This document shows, one piece after another, positions 1 through 10,714 of a stretch of 64,000 nt of DNA (position 1 is the first letter of the stretch; each line of letters starts with the position of its first letter). Origin of the DNA: Propionibacteriaceae bacterium (GTDB taxonomy: Bacteria > Actinomycetota > Actinomycetes > Propionibacteriales > Propionibacteriaceae); assembly GCA_031272505.1 (NCBI GenBank), contig JAISTQ010000005.1, forward strand, positions 31,572-95,571, in the 5' to 3' direction. The notes under the pieces are model-generated. The model saw only the letters and a program-made list of their open reading frames with translations. It ran no database searches and was not told the origin of the DNA. The position numbers and the translations under genes are program-made.

Positions 1-219
1 TCCTCGGTGCAGATCGTGGACGCGGCCACCAAGTCCGCCCGCGTGATCGTGCCCGACTTCCAGCTTTCGCTGGCCATCGGCCGCGAAGGGCAGAACGCCC
101 GGCTGGCCGCTCGGCTCACCGGCTGGCGCATCGACATCCGCGGCGACCAGTCCGCGCCGCCCGTCGAGGCTCCGCCGCCGCCCGAGGTGCTGGCCGAGCA
201 AGAGCAGTCTGTTGAGTAA
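1..219 (+). CDS. nusA: Transcription termination/antitermination factor NusA, C-terminal fragment (5' end lies outside the window)
   Basis: Frame-1 ORF with no start in the window. KH-domain-like '[26 protein letters not shown]' followed by an acidic/Pro tail. Lies directly upstream of ylxR-infB, the canonical nusA-infB operon order. Confidence 0.8.
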   Translation, partial: SSVQIVDAATKSARVIVPDFQLSLAIGREGQNARLAARLTGWRIDIRGDQSAPPVEAPPPPEVLAEQEQSVE

Positions 220-457
220 TCCCATCCGCACCTGCATCGGCTGCCGCCAGCCCGCCCCGCAGGACGAGTTGCTGCGCATCGCGCTCATCGACGCTGACGG
301 CCTCCCCAAAGCCGTCTTCGACCCCCACCACCGCCTCCCCGGCCGGGGCGCCTGGCTCCACCCCGAACGCCCCGACTGCGTCCAAGCCGCCCTCGCCGCC
401 AAATCCCTCACCCGCGCCTTCCGCCGCCCCGTCGACTGCTCCGCCCTCCACTCCTGA
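212..457 (+). CDS. YlxR/DUF448 family RNA-binding protein
   Basis: 81 aa with 'RTCIGCR' and 'GRGAWL' motifs typical of YlxR. Sits between nusA and infB. TTG start overlaps the nusA stop. Confidence 0.7.
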   Translation: MSNPIRTCIGCRQPAPQDELLRIALIDADGLPKAVFDPHHRLPGRGAWLHPERPDCVQAALAAKSLTRAFRRPVDCSALHS

Positions 458-629
458 GTGAGCGAAGCGAGGGAAGTCCGTGTGGCGTTTGGACTGTATT
501 GCGCTCAAGCGCTAGACTTGTTAGTTGGCTCTCAACCGAGGGCTGAACGATCAAACGAGGGGCAACGCTCATGAGAACTCAACCGAGTACAACGAAATGA
601 GCACCATCATCGAATAAACCGGCCCCAAG

Positions 630-652
630 CCTTCAGGCTTCGGGCCTGAAGG
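630..652 (+). promoter_or_regulatory. Stem-loop CCTTCAGGC-TTCGG-GCCTGAAGG that includes the infB Shine-Dalgarno (GGAG 651-654)
   Basis: Perfect 9-bp inverted repeat with a 5-nt loop, ending 6 nt before the infB start at 659. Confidence 0.5.
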
Positions 653-658
653 AGTGTC

Positions 659-3355
659 GTGGCAGCACCAGGCAAAATGCGGGTGTCCTCGCTCGCTAAC
701 GAGTTGGGTGTGGCGAGCAAGGACGTCCTTGCCATCCTTTCCGAAATCGGAGAGTACGTAAAGAGCGCGTCGTCAACCATTGAAAGCCCGATTGTGCGCA
801 AGGTGCGCGAACGGGTGCAGGCCGAGCAGCAGGCCAAGGCCGCCGCGCAGCAACCCGAGCCCGCCCCGGCGGCGCCGGAGGCGAAGGCGGAGCCGGTCGT
901 CGAGGCGAAGCCGCCCGCCCCGGAGCCCACTCCAGAGCCCACCCCGGAGCCGGAGCCCGCACCCGCACCCGAGCCCGAGCCCATCCCGGAGCCCGAGCCC
1001 ATCGCGGAGCCCGAAGCGGTCGTCGAGGCGCCCGCGCCCACCAAGCCCGCCAGCAAAGCCCCCGTCCCCAAGCCCATTCCGAAGCCGTCCCCGGCCTCGA
1101 TTCCGCGTCCGCGCCCGCAGCCACCCCGCCCTGGAGCCACCGGTGGTTTGCCGAGCGGCAGGCGTTCCGGCACCCCGCGCGCCGGCAACAACCCCTTCGC
1201 CTCCGAGCAGGGCATGGGCCGTTGGAAGCCGCGCAGTGACGACAACACCGACACCCGGCGCGGCGGCCAGGGGCAGCGCGGCGGCCAGCAAGGCCAGCGT
1301 TCCGACAGCGACACCCGGAGCAGCCGTCCGGGAGGCCGTCCCTCCGGCGGCGGCTACCGTTCCGGGCAGAGCGGCCCGTCCGGCACCGGCCCGAGTTCGC
1401 CCGGCGGTCGCACCACCCGCGGCGGCCGCGGCGGCCAAGGCACCCAAGGCGCTTTCGGCAAAGGCGGAAAGCGGGGCAAGAAAGGAAAGCAGCGCCGTCG
1501 GCAAGAAGTCGACGAGATGCAGGAGCGCACCTTTGGCGACACCCGGGTCCGCAAGGGCGACGGGGAGACGATCCGGCTGCGGCGCGGCGCCTCGTTGACG
1601 GATCTGGCCGACAAGATCGGCGTGGAGCCGGCCGAGTTGGTGAAGGTGCTGTTCCAGTTGGGCGAGATGGTGAACGCCACCCAGTCGGTGGCCGACGACA
1701 CCCTGGAAATCCTCGGCGAAGAGCTGAATTACAGAATTGAGGTGGTCTCCCCCGAAGAGGAGGACCGCGCGCTGCTCGAATCCTTCCACATCGAGCTGGG
1801 CGACGATCTGGAAGACGAGGCCGAGCTGGAGCTGCGGCCACCCGCCGTCACCGTGATGGGCCACGTCGACCATGGCAAGACGAAGCTGCTGGACGCGCTG
1901 CGGCACACCAATGTGGTCGAGGGCGAGGCCGGTGGCATCACCCAGGCGATTGGCGCCTACCAGGTCTCCGCCACCGTGGACGGCGTGAAGCGCAAGATCA
2001 CCTTCATCGACACCCCCGGCCATGAGGCGTTCACCGCCATGCGCGCCCGTGGCGCGGAAGCGACGGACATCGCGGTGCTGGTGGTGGCCGCCGACGACGG
2101 CGTGATGCCGCAGACGGTGGAGGCGCTGAACCACGCCAAGGCGGCCGAGGTGCCGATCGTGGTCGCCGTCAACAAGATTGACAAGCCCGGAGCCGATCCG
2201 GTGAAGGTACGCGGCCAGCTCACCGAATATGGGCTGGTGCCCGAAGAGTACGGCGGCGACACCCAGTTTGTGGATGTCTCGGCGGTGACCCGCGAAGGCC
2301 TGGATTCGCTGCTGGAGGCCATCGTGTTGACGGCCGACGCCGAGCTGGATCTGCGGGTGAACCCGAATCAGCCGGCCCAGGGCGTCGCCATCGAATCGCA
2401 CTTGGATCGCGGGCGGGGCCCGGTGGCCACCGTGCTGGTCCATCGCGGCACCCTGCACACCGGCGATTCCATCGTGGCCGGCTCGGCCCATGGCCGGGTG
2501 CGCGCCCTGATCGACGACCACGAGCGTTCCGTGGAGGAAGCTCCTCCGTCCATGCCGGTGCAGGTATTGGGCTTGACGTCCGTGCCCGGCGCGGGCGACA
2601 GCTTCCTGGTGGTGGACGACGACCGCACCGCCCGGCAGATCGCCGAACAGCGGGAAGCCCGGCAGCGGGCCGCCTCGTTGGCGCGGGCCGCGAAGCCGCG
2701 TCGTCTCGAAGACATCCTCGAAGAGATGACCAGTGGCGAGATCGCCGAGCTGAACCTGATCCTGAAGGGCGATTCGGCCGGCGCCGTGGAGGCCCTGGAA
2801 GACGCCCTGCTGCAGATCGAGGTCTCCGACGAGGTGGCGCTGCGGGTGATCGATCGCGGTGTGGGCGCGGTCACCGAGACGAACGTCACCTTGGCGGCCG
2901 CCTCCGACGCGGTGATCATCGGCTTCAACGTCCGCGCGGAGGGCAAGGCCACCCAGTTGGCGTCCACCGAGGGCGTGGACATCCGCTACTACACCATCAT
3001 CTACGACGCGATTGACGACATCGAATCCGCCCTGAAGGGGATGCTGAAGCCGATCTACGAGGAGCAGGTGCGCGGCCAGGCCGAGATCCGCGAGATCTTC
3101 CGCTCGTCGAAGTTCGGCAACATCGCCGGCTGCATGGTGATCGAAGGCACCATCCGGCGCAACTCCAAGGCGCGGCTGCTACGCGACGGCGCGGTGGTCA
3201 CCGAAACCAGCATTGCCTCGCTGCGCCGCGAGAAGGACGACGTCACCGAGGTCCGCGAGGGCTTCGAGTGCGGCATCACGCTGCACAACTACAACGACAT
3301 CCACGTCGATGACATCATCGAGACTTACGAGATGGTGGAGAAGCCGCGTGCCTAG
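659..3355 (+). CDS. infB: Translation initiation factor IF-2
   Basis: 898 aa. N-terminal '[11 protein letters not shown]' and a long Pro/Ala/Glu/Gly-rich linker. G-domain '[12 protein letters not shown]', 'DTPGHEAF' and 'NKID' motifs, and the conserved C-terminal domain. Start is GTG 659 or ATG 677. Confidence 0.95.
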   Translation: MAAPGKMRVSSLANELGVASKDVLAILSEIGEYVKSASSTIESPIVRKVRERVQAEQQAKAAAQQPEPAPAAPEAKAEPVVEAKPPAPEPTPEPTPEPEPAPAPEPEPIPEPEPIAEPEAVVEAPAPTKPASKAPVPKPIPKPSPASIPRPRPQPPRPGATGGLPSGRRSGTPRAGNNPFASEQGMGRWKPRSDDNTDTRRGGQGQRGGQQGQRSDSDTRSSRPGGRPSGGGYRSGQSGPSGTGPSSPGGRTTRGGRGGQGTQGAFGKGGKRGKKGKQRRRQEVDEMQERTFGDTRVRKGDGETIRLRRGASLTDLADKIGVEPAELVKVLFQLGEMVNATQSVADDTLEILGEELNYRIEVVSPEEEDRALLESFHIELGDDLEDEAELELRPPAVTVMGHVDHGKTKLLDALRHTNVVEGEAGGITQAIGAYQVSATVDGVKRKITFIDTPGHEAFTAMRARGAEATDIAVLVVAADDGVMPQTVEALNHAKAAEVPIVVAVNKIDKPGADPVKVRGQLTEYGLVPEEYGGDTQFVDVSAVTREGLDSLLEAIVLTADAELDLRVNPNQPAQGVAIESHLDRGRGPVATVLVHRGTLHTGDSIVAGSAHGRVRALIDDHERSVEEAPPSMPVQVLGLTSVPGAGDSFLVVDDDRTARQIAEQREARQRAASLARAAKPRRLEDILEEMTSGEIAELNLILKGDSAGAVEALEDALLQIEVSDEVALRVIDRGVGAVTETNVTLAAASDAVIIGFNVRAEGKATQLASTEGVDIRYYTIIYDAIDDIESALKGMLKPIYEEQVRGQAEIREIFRSSKFGNIAGCMVIEGTIRRNSKARLLRDGAVVTETSIASLRREKDDVTEVREGFECGITLHNYNDIHVDDIIETYEMVEKPRA

Positions 3356-3773
3356 CCAATTCCGCGAGAAGCAAGCCGAGCAGATCAAGGCGTTGATCGC
3401 CGAACTGTTGGAAAAGCGGGTCAAAGATCCGCGGCTCGGGTTCGTCACCGTCACCGATGTGCGGTTGACGGGCGACGGGCGCGAAGCCACCGTCTTCTAC
3501 ACCGTGCTCGGCGGCGAAGGAGATCGGATGGCGACGGCGGCCGCGCTGGCTTCCGCTGCCGGGCTGCTGCGCTCGGCGGTGGGCAAGAAGCTGGGCATGA
3601 AGTTCACCCCCACCCTGGCCTTCCAGTTGGACGCGGTGGAGGAGGACGCCTCCTTCATTGAGGACGCGCTGCGCAAGGCCCGTGAGCATGACGCGGCGGT
3701 GGCGGCGGCGGCCGAAGGCAAGGAATACGCCGGCGAGGCCGATCCGTACAAGCATCCCGAAGCAGATGAGTGA
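3348..3773 (+). CDS. rbfA: Ribosome-binding factor A
   Basis: RbfA-like '[46 protein letters not shown]'. No ATG after the infB stop; GTG 3348 overlaps the infB stop by 8 nt. The upstream ATG 3213 would lie inside infB. Confidence 0.8.
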   Translation: MPSQFREKQAEQIKALIAELLEKRVKDPRLGFVTVTDVRLTGDGREATVFYTVLGGEGDRMATAAALASAAGLLRSAVGKKLGMKFTPTLAFQLDAVEEDASFIEDALRKAREHDAAVAAAAEGKEYAGEADPYKHPEADE

Positions 3774-4632
3774 CGCCGCCGGTTTCCTGGTCATCGACAA
3801 GCCCCCCGGCCTGACGTCACAGCAGGTGGTCAGCCGGGTGAAGCGGGCTTTGGGCGCGAAAAAGGCAGGCCATGCGGGCACCCTCGATCCGATGGCGACC
3901 GGCGTGTTGGTCGTCGGGGTGGGGCGGGCCACCCGGCTGCTCGGCTATCTCTCCGGCCACGACAAGCGCTACGAAGCCACGATCCGGCTCGGGCAAGCCA
4001 CCACCACCGATGACGCCGAGGGTGAGCCGCTCGGCGAGCCCGCCGACACCAGCCAACTCACCGCCGCCCAGATCGACGCCGCCCTGGCCAGCTTCGTGGG
4101 CGAGATTGAGCAGGTGCCCGCGTCCGTCTCCGCGATCAAAGTGGACGGCAAACGCGCCTACGCCCGGGTGCGCGCCGGCGAGGACGTCAGCCTGCCCCCG
4201 CGGAAAGTGCGGGTTTTTTCCCTGGAGCGGATTCCCACCCCCAGCCTGGCCGAGATCCAGATCCAGGTGCACTGCTCGTCCGGCACCTACATCCGGGCCA
4301 TCGCCCGCGACTTGGGCCAACTCTTGGGCGTGGGCGGCCATCTGACGGCGTTGCGCCGCACCTCGGTGAGCGCCTTCGATCTCTCCCAGGCCGTCAGCTT
4401 GGACGAGGTGGACGACACCGCCGAGCTGATCAGCCTGAGCGCGGTGGCCCGCGAGGTGTTCGACTCCCTCGAAGTCGGCCCGGCGGAGGCCGCTGACGTC
4501 GGCTTTGGCCGGGCGATCAGCAACCCCGGCGACACCGCCGAACTGGTCGCGATCTTCGCTGACGGCGAATTCCTCGCCCTCTACGCGCCCGAAGGTTTGA
4601 AGCTCAAACCGGTGGCGGTGTTTCTAGGTTAA
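3766..4632 (+). CDS. truB: tRNA pseudouridine(55) synthase TruB
   Basis: 'GFLVIDKPPGLTSQQVVSRVKRALGAKKAGHAGTLDPMATGVLVVGVG'. ATG overlaps the rbfA stop (ATGA). Confidence 0.9.
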   Translation: MSDAAGFLVIDKPPGLTSQQVVSRVKRALGAKKAGHAGTLDPMATGVLVVGVGRATRLLGYLSGHDKRYEATIRLGQATTTDDAEGEPLGEPADTSQLTAAQIDAALASFVGEIEQVPASVSAIKVDGKRAYARVRAGEDVSLPPRKVRVFSLERIPTPSLAEIQIQVHCSSGTYIRAIARDLGQLLGVGGHLTALRRTSVSAFDLSQAVSLDEVDDTAELISLSAVAREVFDSLEVGPAEAADVGFGRAISNPGDTAELVAIFADGEFLALYAPEGLKLKPVAVFLG

Positions 4633-4637
4633 GGTGG

Positions 4638-5543
4638 ATGACCGTGAGTTCTGGGCAGTCGGCCGTCGCGATCGGCAATTTTGACGGCGTGCACATCGGG
4701 CATCGCGCGGTGCTCGCCGAAGCGCGGGCGCTGCAGCCCGAGAGCGAACTCGTCGTGGTCACCTTCTGGCCGCACCCGCTGCAGTTGCTCACGCCCGCCG
4801 ATCCGCCGAAACTGCTGGGCACCTTGGACGAGCGCCTCGCGCTGCTGAAAGCCGCGGGCGCGGATCGCGTCGAAGTCGTCGAATTCACCCCCGCCCTCGC
4901 CAAAGAGAGCCCAGAGCAGTTCATCGCCGAAGTCTTGCTGCCGCTGCGCCCAGTCCGGGTGGTGGTGGGGGAGAACTTCCGCTTTGGCGCCCAAGCCGTC
5001 GGCGACGTCAACACTTTGCGCGTTTTCGGGCAGGCCGCCGGGTTCGCCACCACCGCGCTGCCGCTGGTGAGCAGCAAAGGCGAGGAAACCACGTCCAGCC
5101 GGATCCGCCAACTCCTGGAGGCCGGGGAGGTGTCCGCGGCGGCGGAGCTGCTGGGACGGCCGTTCCGCTTCTCCGGCGAGGTGGTGCACGGGGAGCATCG
5201 CGGCAAGTCGCTGGGCTTTCCGACGGCCAACCTGCTGGTGCCCGAGGAATTGGCCTCGCCCGCCGACGGTGTGTACGCCGGGCTGGCCCAAATCGGGCAA
5301 AAGGGCTTGCCAGCGGCGATTTCGGTGGGCTCCAACCCCACTTTCGAGGCGGTCTCGCGGCGCATCGAGGCGCATGTGATCGGCCGGGACGATCTGGAGC
5401 TGTACGGGCAGGTCATCAGCGTGGATTTCACCGCCAGATTGCGCGACATGGTGCGCTTCGCGTCCAAAGAAGAGTTGATCAACCAGCTACGAAACGATGC
5501 GGTTGCCGCCCGCGCCGCCTTGGCGCAGAGTAGCCTGTTGTAA
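4638..5543 (+). CDS. ribF: Bifunctional riboflavin kinase / FMN adenylyltransferase
   Basis: 'AIGNFDGVHIGHRAVL' nucleotidyltransferase motif and a C-terminal riboflavin kinase domain ('PTANL...', 'YAGLA'). Conserved truB-ribF order. Confidence 0.9.
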   Translation: MTVSSGQSAVAIGNFDGVHIGHRAVLAEARALQPESELVVVTFWPHPLQLLTPADPPKLLGTLDERLALLKAAGADRVEVVEFTPALAKESPEQFIAEVLLPLRPVRVVVGENFRFGAQAVGDVNTLRVFGQAAGFATTALPLVSSKGEETTSSRIRQLLEAGEVSAAAELLGRPFRFSGEVVHGEHRGKSLGFPTANLLVPEELASPADGVYAGLAQIGQKGLPAAISVGSNPTFEAVSRRIEAHVIGRDDLELYGQVISVDFTARLRDMVRFASKEELINQLRNDAVAARAALAQSSLL

Positions 5544-6356
5544 GTGCGGGCTAAAGAGCTTGGTGTCAGCGACGGGCAGTTGGTGTTGGATTTCTGCCGT
5601 CGTCGGCCGCTGGTGAGTGTGTTCATGGCCTCTCGGGTGGAGGCGGGAATGCTGCGCCCCGGCGCCCCCGGCAAGATCTACGGATACCCGGCCAAGCATT
5701 CGAACGCCTTCCTGCACGTGGGCACCAACCTCACCCCGTTGGCCGAGAACGAAGAGTGCGTCGACGCCTTCGTGGAGGTGGCGAAGAACCGGGTGAGCCA
5801 ATCCATCGTGGGCGAATCCTGGATCACCTTGGCGTATTGGCGGGCGCTCTGTGACGCCTATGGCCGCGAGTACGCCTACGTGCGCGAAGTCCGCCCCAGC
5901 CAGCCGCTGTTGGCGCTTTCGGGCGACCCGCAGGTGCCGCCGTCTCCGGCCGTCAAAGCGCTGGATTTCAGTTGCTACCCCGAGTATCTGGACACCTCGA
6001 TAAGGATGTACACCGAGGAGGTCGGCCAGCAGCCGCCGGACACCTATCCGAGCTATTGCCGCTGGACGTTGAACACCGGCCGGGCCTACGGGGTGGTCAA
6101 GGACAAGCAGGTGCTCTTCAAGACTGACGTGGGGGCGGCCGCGCAGGGAGTCGCCCAAATCCAGGGCGTGTGGCTGAATCCGCGCTATCGGGGCAATGGC
6201 CTGGCCGCCGGGCTGATCTCGGCGGTGGTCACCGAAGTGCGCAAGACGCACCCCACCGTCACCCTCTATGTGAACTCGTTCAACACCCGGGCGCTGCGGG
6301 CCTACAAGGCGGTCGGCTTCTCTCAAGTCGGCGAGTTCGCCACCATCTTGTACTAG
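5544..6356 (+). CDS. GNAT-family N-acetyltransferase, DUF4081-like
   Basis: C-terminal GNAT motif 'VWLNPRYRGNGLAAGLISAVV...TLYVNSFNTRALRAYKAVGF'. Starts 1 nt after the ribF stop, GTG 5544 or ATG 5625. Confidence 0.6.
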   Translation: MRAKELGVSDGQLVLDFCRRRPLVSVFMASRVEAGMLRPGAPGKIYGYPAKHSNAFLHVGTNLTPLAENEECVDAFVEVAKNRVSQSIVGESWITLAYWRALCDAYGREYAYVREVRPSQPLLALSGDPQVPPSPAVKALDFSCYPEYLDTSIRMYTEEVGQQPPDTYPSYCRWTLNTGRAYGVVKDKQVLFKTDVGAAAQGVAQIQGVWLNPRYRGNGLAAGLISAVVTEVRKTHPTVTLYVNSFNTRALRAYKAVGFSQVGEFATILY

Positions 6357-6386
6357 AGTATTCCGGGTTGTACCAAAGGAGTCTTG

Positions 6387-7727
6387 ATGCCGAGCACCAT
6401 CGAAAAGCTGTCCGCCACCCGCGTCAAATTGACGATTGAAATCCCGTTCGCGGAGCTGCAGCCGCTAATCCAGAAGACCTACGCCGAAGTGGCGCAGCAG
6501 ATCAACATCCCGGGCTTCCGCAAGGGCAAGGTGCCCGCCGCGATCATCGATCAGCGGCTGGGCAAGGGGTACGTGCTGCAGGAGGCCATCAACGAGGCGC
6601 TCAGCCCCGCCTACTCGCAGGCGCTGGAGGAGCACGAGGTGGTGCCGTTGGCGCAGCCGGACATCGAGATCACCAAGCTCGAAGAGGGCGAGCTGGTGGA
6701 GTTCACCGCCGAGGTGGACATCCGCCCCGAGATCCTGCTCCCGGATTTCTCCAAGCTGACGGCCGAGGTCGAGGTGTTGACGAACGTGAAGGCCGAGGTG
6801 GACGCCCGGGTGGACACGCTGCGGCAGCGTTTCGCCACTTCCAAGGAAGTCAAGCGGGCCGCCAAGGAAGGCGATTTGACGACCATCAACCTGGTCGCCA
6901 AGATCGGCGGCGAGGTGATTGACGGCGGCATCAGCCAAGACGTCTCCTACAAGGTGGGCGACGAGAACATGATCGCCGGGCTGGAGTCCGCGGTGATCGG
7001 GCTGAAGGCGGGCGAGAGCGCCGAGTTCACCACCACGCTGGCGGGTGGCTCCCACGAAGGCGAGGAGGCGGAGATTGAGGTCACCGTCACCAAAGTCCAG
7101 GAGCAGCAGTTGCCGAAGGTGGACGACGAGTTCGCCCAGTTGGTCTCCCAGTTCGACACCGTGGCCGAGATGCGCGAAGACATCGAGAAGAACGTCCGCG
7201 AGGGGGCCCGCTACGCGCAGTTGCAGCAGGGCCGGGATCGGCTGGTGGAGGCTTTGTTGGAGGCCACCGAGGTGGAGCTACCCGAGGGCGTCATCGCCGC
7301 CGACGTGGAGGATCGGAAGAGCTCCATCCTCGCGCAGTTGCAGCAGGCCGGGATGACTTTAGCCAGCTATCTGGAGCGCACCGGCTCGAAGGAGACGGAA
7401 GAAGAGTTCTACGCCGAGATGGAGGCGAGCGCCCGCCGCGCGCTGAAGACGCAGCTCATCTTGGACGCCATCGCGGATGCCAATGACATCGGGGTCACCG
7501 AGGAAGACCTCGCCTCGATGCTGATGCAGCGGGCGATGGAGAACGGCACCAGTCCCGAAGAGGAGGCCAAGCACATGACGGAGCACGGCCACTTCCACGA
7601 GTGGGCCGGGCAGATCCGCCGCAACAAGGCCGTCGAGGTGATCGTCGCCAAGGCCAAGGTGACGGACGCGAAAGGCAAGAAAGTGGACATCACCATCTCC
7701 GCGCCTTCCGCCGCCGATGACGAGTGA
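6387..7727 (+). CDS. tig: Trigger factor
   Basis: 'MPSTIEKLSATRVKLTIEIP...INIPGFRKGKVP'. AAGGAG RBS at 6376-6381, 5 nt upstream of the ATG. Confidence 0.95.
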   Translation: MPSTIEKLSATRVKLTIEIPFAELQPLIQKTYAEVAQQINIPGFRKGKVPAAIIDQRLGKGYVLQEAINEALSPAYSQALEEHEVVPLAQPDIEITKLEEGELVEFTAEVDIRPEILLPDFSKLTAEVEVLTNVKAEVDARVDTLRQRFATSKEVKRAAKEGDLTTINLVAKIGGEVIDGGISQDVSYKVGDENMIAGLESAVIGLKAGESAEFTTTLAGGSHEGEEAEIEVTVTKVQEQQLPKVDDEFAQLVSQFDTVAEMREDIEKNVREGARYAQLQQGRDRLVEALLEATEVELPEGVIAADVEDRKSSILAQLQQAGMTLASYLERTGSKETEEEFYAEMEASARRALKTQLILDAIADANDIGVTEEDLASMLMQRAMENGTSPEEEAKHMTEHGHFHEWAGQIRRNKAVEVIVAKAKVTDAKGKKVDITISAPSAADDE

Positions 7728-7809
7728 TCCGCCGTAAAGGCGTCAGCCGTGAGCGAACACAAGTGAGAAAAGCCACGCTAACTTGGGTTAACCGGGTAAG
7801 TTCACCTAT

Positions 7810-8433
7810 GTGAGTGAAATGAGTACGTCCCTGCCGCGGCTGGCATTGCCCACCGGGCAGGCGGGCATGAACGATTCGGTCTATCAGGCGTTGCTCGCGA
7901 ACCGCATCATCTTCCTCGGCTCCGAGGTCAAAGATGAGAACGCGAACGCGATCTGCGCGCAGATGCTGCTGCTGAACGCCGAAGACCCCGAGAAGGACAT
8001 CTACCTTTACATCAACTCCCCGGGCGGATCGGTCTCCGCCGGCATGGCCATCTTCGACACCATGCAGTGGATCAGCAATGACGTCGCCACGGTGGCGATG
8101 GGCCTGGCCGCCTCCATGGGCCAGTTCCTGCTTTCCGCGGGCGCGAAGGGCAAGCGGTTCGCGTTGCCGCATTCGCGGATCATGATGCACCAGCCGTCCG
8201 GTGGCCTGGGGGGCACCGCGTCGGACATCAAGATCCAAGCCGAGCAGAGCCTGCACATCAAGCGCGAGATGGCTGCTTTGATTGCCGAGCACACCGGCCA
8301 GAGCGTCGCGCAGATCGAGGCGGATTCGGATCGGGATCGCTGGTTCACCGCCGAGGAGGCGCTGGCCTACGGCTTCATCGATCACGTCTACGAGAAAGCG
8401 GCGCAGATCCAGTCGGTCGCGCCGAACAAGTAG
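7810..8433 (+). CDS. clpP: ATP-dependent Clp protease proteolytic subunit ClpP1
   Basis: 'RIIFLGSEV...[20 protein letters not shown]...MGQA/ASMG...HQP'; Ser-His-Asp triad context. Start is GTG 7810 or ATG 7819. Confidence 0.92.
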   Translation: MSEMSTSLPRLALPTGQAGMNDSVYQALLANRIIFLGSEVKDENANAICAQMLLLNAEDPEKDIYLYINSPGGSVSAGMAIFDTMQWISNDVATVAMGLAASMGQFLLSAGAKGKRFALPHSRIMMHQPSGGLGGTASDIKIQAEQSLHIKREMAALIAEHTGQSVAQIEADSDRDRWFTAEEALAYGFIDHVYEKAAQIQSVAPNK

Positions 8434-8442
8434 GGGGTTGAA

Positions 8443-9039
8443 ATGGATATGACGCATTACATCCCACAGTGGGAAGAGCGCACCAGCTACGGCGTGCGGC
8501 GGGTCGATCCGTTCGTCAAGCTCTTCGAGGATCGGATCATCTTCATCGGTGACGTGATCACCGACGATCTGGCGAACGTGATCATGAGCGAGCTGCTTTG
8601 CCTGCAGTCGATGGATCCGGAGCGCCCGGTCTCCATGTACATCAACTCTCCCGGTGGCTCGTTCACCGCGTTGACGGCGATCTACGACACCATGAACTAC
8701 ATCAAGCCCGAAGTGCACACCGTGTGCTTGGGGCAGGCGGCTTCGGCGGCGGCGGTGTTGCTGGCGGCGGGCACCAAGGGGAAGCGGCTGGCGTTGCCGA
8801 ACTCGCGCATCCTGATCCACCAGCCGGCCACCGAGGGCGGTTACGGGCAGTCGTCCGATCTGGAGATCCAAGCGAAGGAGATCCTGCGCATCCGCGATCT
8901 GATGGAGGAGATGCTCGCCCACGACACCGGGCAGCCGAAGGAAAAGATCTCCAAGGACATCGAGCGGGACAAGTACCTGACGGCCGAAGAGGCGAAAGCC
9001 TACGGCATCGTCGACGACATCCTCACCTCATTGAAGTAG
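8443..9039 (+). CDS. clpP: ATP-dependent Clp protease proteolytic subunit ClpP2
   Basis: Paralogous ClpP: 'RIIFIGDVI...[19 protein letters not shown]...[10 protein letters not shown]'. Tandem clpP1-clpP2 is typical of Actinobacteria. Confidence 0.92.
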   Translation: MDMTHYIPQWEERTSYGVRRVDPFVKLFEDRIIFIGDVITDDLANVIMSELLCLQSMDPERPVSMYINSPGGSFTALTAIYDTMNYIKPEVHTVCLGQAASAAAVLLAAGTKGKRLALPNSRILIHQPATEGGYGQSSDLEIQAKEILRIRDLMEEMLAHDTGQPKEKISKDIERDKYLTAEEAKAYGIVDDILTSLK

Positions 9040-9058
9040 GAAAGCGAAGGGCAGCGTC

Positions 9059-10375
9059 ATGGCAAGGATTCAAGAGACTTCAGAGATGCTGAAGTGCTCC
9101 TTCTGTGGCAAGGCCCAGAAGCAGGTCCGCAAGCTGATCGCCGGGCCGGGGGTGTACATCTGCGAGGAGTGCATCGAGCTGTGCAACGAGATGCTGGACG
9201 AGGAGTTCGCCGCCGCCAAGGGCAAGGACACCTTCAACCAGCTCCCCAAGCCGGCCGAGATCACCGCGTTCCTGGACAGCTACGTGATCGGCCAGGAGAA
9301 GGCGAAGAAGGCGCTCTCGGTGGCGGTGTACAACCACTACAAGCGCATCCAGTCGGAGGCCACGAATCCGGGCTATGCGCGTCGGTCATCAGGCGATGAT
9401 TCCATCGAGTTGAGCAAATCCAACATCCTGCTGATCGGCCCCACCGGCTGTGGCAAGACGTACCTGGCGCAGACGCTCGCGCGGATGCTGAACGTCCCGT
9501 TCGCGATGGCCGACGCCACCGCCTTGACGGAAGCCGGGTACGTGGGCGAGGACGTCGAGAACATCCTGCTGAAGCTGCTGCAGGCGGCCGACTACGACAC
9601 CAAGCGCGCCGAGATGGGCATCGTCTACATTGACGAGATCGACAAGGTCGCCCGCAAGAGCGAGAATCCGTCGATCACCCGGGATGTCTCCGGCGAGGGC
9701 GTGCAGCAGGCGCTGCTGAAGATCCTGGAGGGCACGGTGGCCTCCGTCCCGCCGCAGGGCGGCCGGAAACACCCGCATCAGGAGTACATCCAGTTGGACA
9801 CCACGAACGTGCTGTTCATCCTCGGCGGCGCGTTTGACGGCCTGGACGTGATCATCAACAACCGGGTGGGCAAGCGGCCGCTGGGCTTCAACAACGAGGC
9901 GGCGGCGCGGCGGCCCATCGGGCTTGATCCGTTCGCGGACGTCCGCCCCGAAGACTTGCACAAGTACGGCTTGATTCCCGAGTTCATCGGCCGGCTCCCG
10001 ATGATCGCCTCGGTGACGGCTTTGGACGAGGAGGCGCTGGTGCGCATCCTGGTGGAGCCGCGAAACGCGCTGACGAAGCAGTTCATCAAGCTCTTCGAGA
10101 TGGACGGGGCGCAGTTGCGCTTCACCGACGCGGCGATCAAGGCGATTGCGAAGCAGGCGATCCGGCGCGGGATCGGGGCGCGCGGGCTGCGTTCCATCCT
10201 GGAGGAGAATCTGCTCAACGTGATGTACAAGGTGCCCTCCGAAGGCGATGTCGCCGAAGTGGTGGTGGACGCCGACGTGTTCACCAAGGGGGCGGCCCCG
10301 AAGTTCACCAAGCGGCCACACATCGTCAGCGATGAGCCGCGCCGCAAGGACGAACAACTGCGGAAAACCGCGTAA
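9059..10375 (+). CDS. clpX: ATP-dependent Clp protease ATP-binding subunit ClpX
   Basis: N-terminal zinc ribbon 'CSFCGK...[10 protein letters not shown]', Walker A 'GPTGCGKT', 'IVYIDEIDK' and the '[10 protein letters not shown]' sensor region. Confidence 0.95.
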   Translation: MARIQETSEMLKCSFCGKAQKQVRKLIAGPGVYICEECIELCNEMLDEEFAAAKGKDTFNQLPKPAEITAFLDSYVIGQEKAKKALSVAVYNHYKRIQSEATNPGYARRSSGDDSIELSKSNILLIGPTGCGKTYLAQTLARMLNVPFAMADATALTEAGYVGEDVENILLKLLQAADYDTKRAEMGIVYIDEIDKVARKSENPSITRDVSGEGVQQALLKILEGTVASVPPQGGRKHPHQEYIQLDTTNVLFILGGAFDGLDVIINNRVGKRPLGFNNEAAARRPIGLDPFADVRPEDLHKYGLIPEFIGRLPMIASVTALDEEALVRILVEPRNALTKQFIKLFEMDGAQLRFTDAAIKAIAKQAIRRGIGARGLRSILEENLLNVMYKVPSEGDVAEVVVDADVFTKGAAPKFTKRPHIVSDEPRRKDEQLRKTA

Positions 10376-10444
10376 CTGCCAACGATCCGAGCTGGAAACG
10401 CCCGCTTGGGCTAGAATTTCGATGTCTCAGCGAGAGGAGTACCC

Positions 10445-10714
10445 ATGGCGACACGCACAGTGGCTATCGCTTCCGGAATCGGTTTACATGCCCGTCCAGC
10501 CTCACTGTTTGTGCAGGCGGTGGCGGCGACCGGCCTGCCCATCAAGGTGGGTAGGGTGGGCGGCCCGGCGGTTGACGCCCGCAGCATCCTGATGGTGATG
10601 GGGTTGGGCGTCAAGCACAACGAAGAGGTCGAGCTCACCGCCGAGGGTGATGGCGCAGACGCCGCGTTGGATTCGCTGGTGGAGCTGCTGAGCCGCGATC
10701 TCGACGCCGAATGA
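10445..10714 (+). CDS. ptsH: Phosphocarrier protein HPr
   Basis: 89 aa with 'GLHARPAS' active-site His motif. Confidence 0.9.
   Translation: MATRTVAIASGIGLHARPASLFVQAVAATGLPIKVGRVGGPAVDARSILMVMGLGVKHNEEVELTAEGDGADAALDSLVELLSRDLDAE

Noticed and set aside
773-2521. 582-aa minus-strand ORF and several other long ORFs (696-1841, 780-1598, 607-1314) overlapping infB
   Set aside because: Antisense or out-of-frame to a universally conserved IF-2 sequence. Products are Arg/Gly/Ala/Pro low-complexity strings typical of high-GC frame artefacts.
3213-3347. ATG 3213 as rbfA start (186-aa ORF)
   Set aside because: Would place 135 nt of rbfA inside infB in another frame and add a non-conserved Arg/Ser-rich N-terminus. 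GTG 3348 gives a canonical RbfA length.
4604-5674. 356-aa and 248-aa minus-strand ORFs opposite ribF
   Set aside because: Antisense to the conserved ribF; low-complexity products.
7728-7809. Possible ClgR operator (CGC-N5-GCGAAC-like, about 7764-7777) upstream of clpP1
   Set aside because: Only a one-mismatch partial match to my recollection of the ClgR consensus. Cannot be validated without a PWM scan; noted but not called.
7690-8922. 410-aa minus-strand ORF opposite clpP1/clpP2
   Set aside because: Antisense to two highly conserved ClpP genes; no domain-like sequence.
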